Source of the DNA: Schmidtea polychroa
Lineage: Eukaryota
Assembly: GCA_044892525.1 (NCBI GenBank)
Contig: CM097885.1
Span: forward strand, 15,812,001 to 15,876,000
Length of the DNA: 64,000 bases
Direction of reading: 5' to 3'
How positions within the stretch are numbered: the stretch's first letter is position 1; every line of letters starts with the position of its first letter. The notes under the pieces were generated by a model. That model was not told the DNA's origin and searched no databases. It saw only the letters and a program-made list of their open reading frames with translations. The position numbers were made by a program, and so were the translations under genes. Shown here in pieces: positions 62,983 to 64,000 of this stretch.

Positions 62983-63821
62983 CCAGTCTAGTATTTCTTT
63001 TATGGTTTCTCCGTCTCATGGAGAATTTTGTAATTCTAACCCTTGTCGTTGGGATAATTGTTGAGTTTCCTCCAATCTCTCAATTTCCATCTAAGTAATT
63101 AAGAATATACTGTCTTGATACATTACCGCCACTGGCTTCGGTGCTGTCTTTGTTGTGAACTTCGTCACTCTACCGAGGAGTATCCCGTTCTGTAGAAGTG
63201 TTTGGTTTGCTTCTAGTTTTATTCCACATAAGTACAAGTCATATCATTGATGCTTAATACTTGTCAATGTCTCTGTTAATTTATCTGCTCGACATCTTGC
63301 ATTTATATCGAGAATATACTCTTTATCCTGAGGGAGTTTTATATTGAGCTAAGCATCTTGGAGATCTCACTCATTCTCCATGATTTCTTCTAATATCCTT
63401 AGGATTTTATATGTGTCGTTATGATGCATTGGGTCATCTTCAATCTGCGATATCAGCTTCACTAATGTATCAATGAAAAATATTTATTTTGATATATTTT
63501 TAATTTGTATTTGTCGTTAAAAATGTTAAAATTTTACATTTCTGTATCAAATTGTAATTTAAATAATTTTGTAATATTTAAAATAAATAAGAAAAAAATT
63601 AGCATTAATAATATTTTGAATTGCTCTAAAAGCTAAAGAACAATATTTATAAAATGTTTTATCTACTTCAAAATACAAATTATAAATATTGAAATTGTAA
63701 ACGTCAGAGGAAATAATTAATATAATAAGTATGATTATTGAAATGTTGTAAAATGTTGAAATATTTTGATAATTTTGTTAATTTTAGAGTTAATTTTATA
63801 GTTTGTTAATTTTATAGTTAA

Positions 63822-64000
63822 ATGTTGGCAAGCGTATGGGAAATGATGAAGAGGAAAGAATTTGAATTTGATAATGAAATCAGCAGTGAATTGATATGCA
63901 GAATTTGCAAATGTTTAATGATAAAAGCTTGCCATGCTCCTTGCGTTTGTGGCTTTTGTTCTGATTGCATTGAAAATTATTTGGATGGAAAAGATAAATT
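63822..64000 (+). CDS. Further TRAF-like gene, 5' end (RING), runs off the window
   Basis: MLASVWEMMKRKEFEFDNEISSELICRICKCLMIKACHAPCVCGFCSDCIENYLDGKDK; upstream ~63540-63790 is homologous to ~25960-26210. Confidence 0.88.
   Translation, partial: MLASVWEMMKRKEFEFDNEISSELICRICKCLMIKACHAPCVCGFCSDCIENYLDGKDK

Overview
AT-rich animal genomic DNA with short (~46-54 nt) GT-AG introns and long (ATT)n/(TA)n tracts. A planarian flatworm is my inference from the TRAF-like genes and composition; the sequence alone does not prove it. The dominant structure is a ~40-kb near-perfect palindrome: left arm ~5379-25258, ~169-bp spacer 25259-25427, right arm ~25428-45734. Each arm carries a TRAF-like gene (RING, Zn finger, coiled coil, MATH; the pair is head-to-head around the centre), a 5'-truncated GIGYF-like pseudogene, two Gypsy remnants, hAT remnants, three MITEs and a Polinton-type PolB fragment. 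The arms differ: the left TRAF reads as an intact ~477-aa gene, while the right has an extra 249 bp with an in-frame TGA. An older direct paralog of the spacer and inner right arm (54966-58830) exposes the fold-back junction. A further TRAF starts at the window end. Outside the palindrome are an RLE-type non-LTR retrotransposon, a hATm-like transposon, Polinton/Maverick remnants, a PSMA6 retrocopy, and a hAT with perfect 8-bp TSD that splits an unknown membrane-protein ORF. All alignments and family calls were made by eye; no searches were run.
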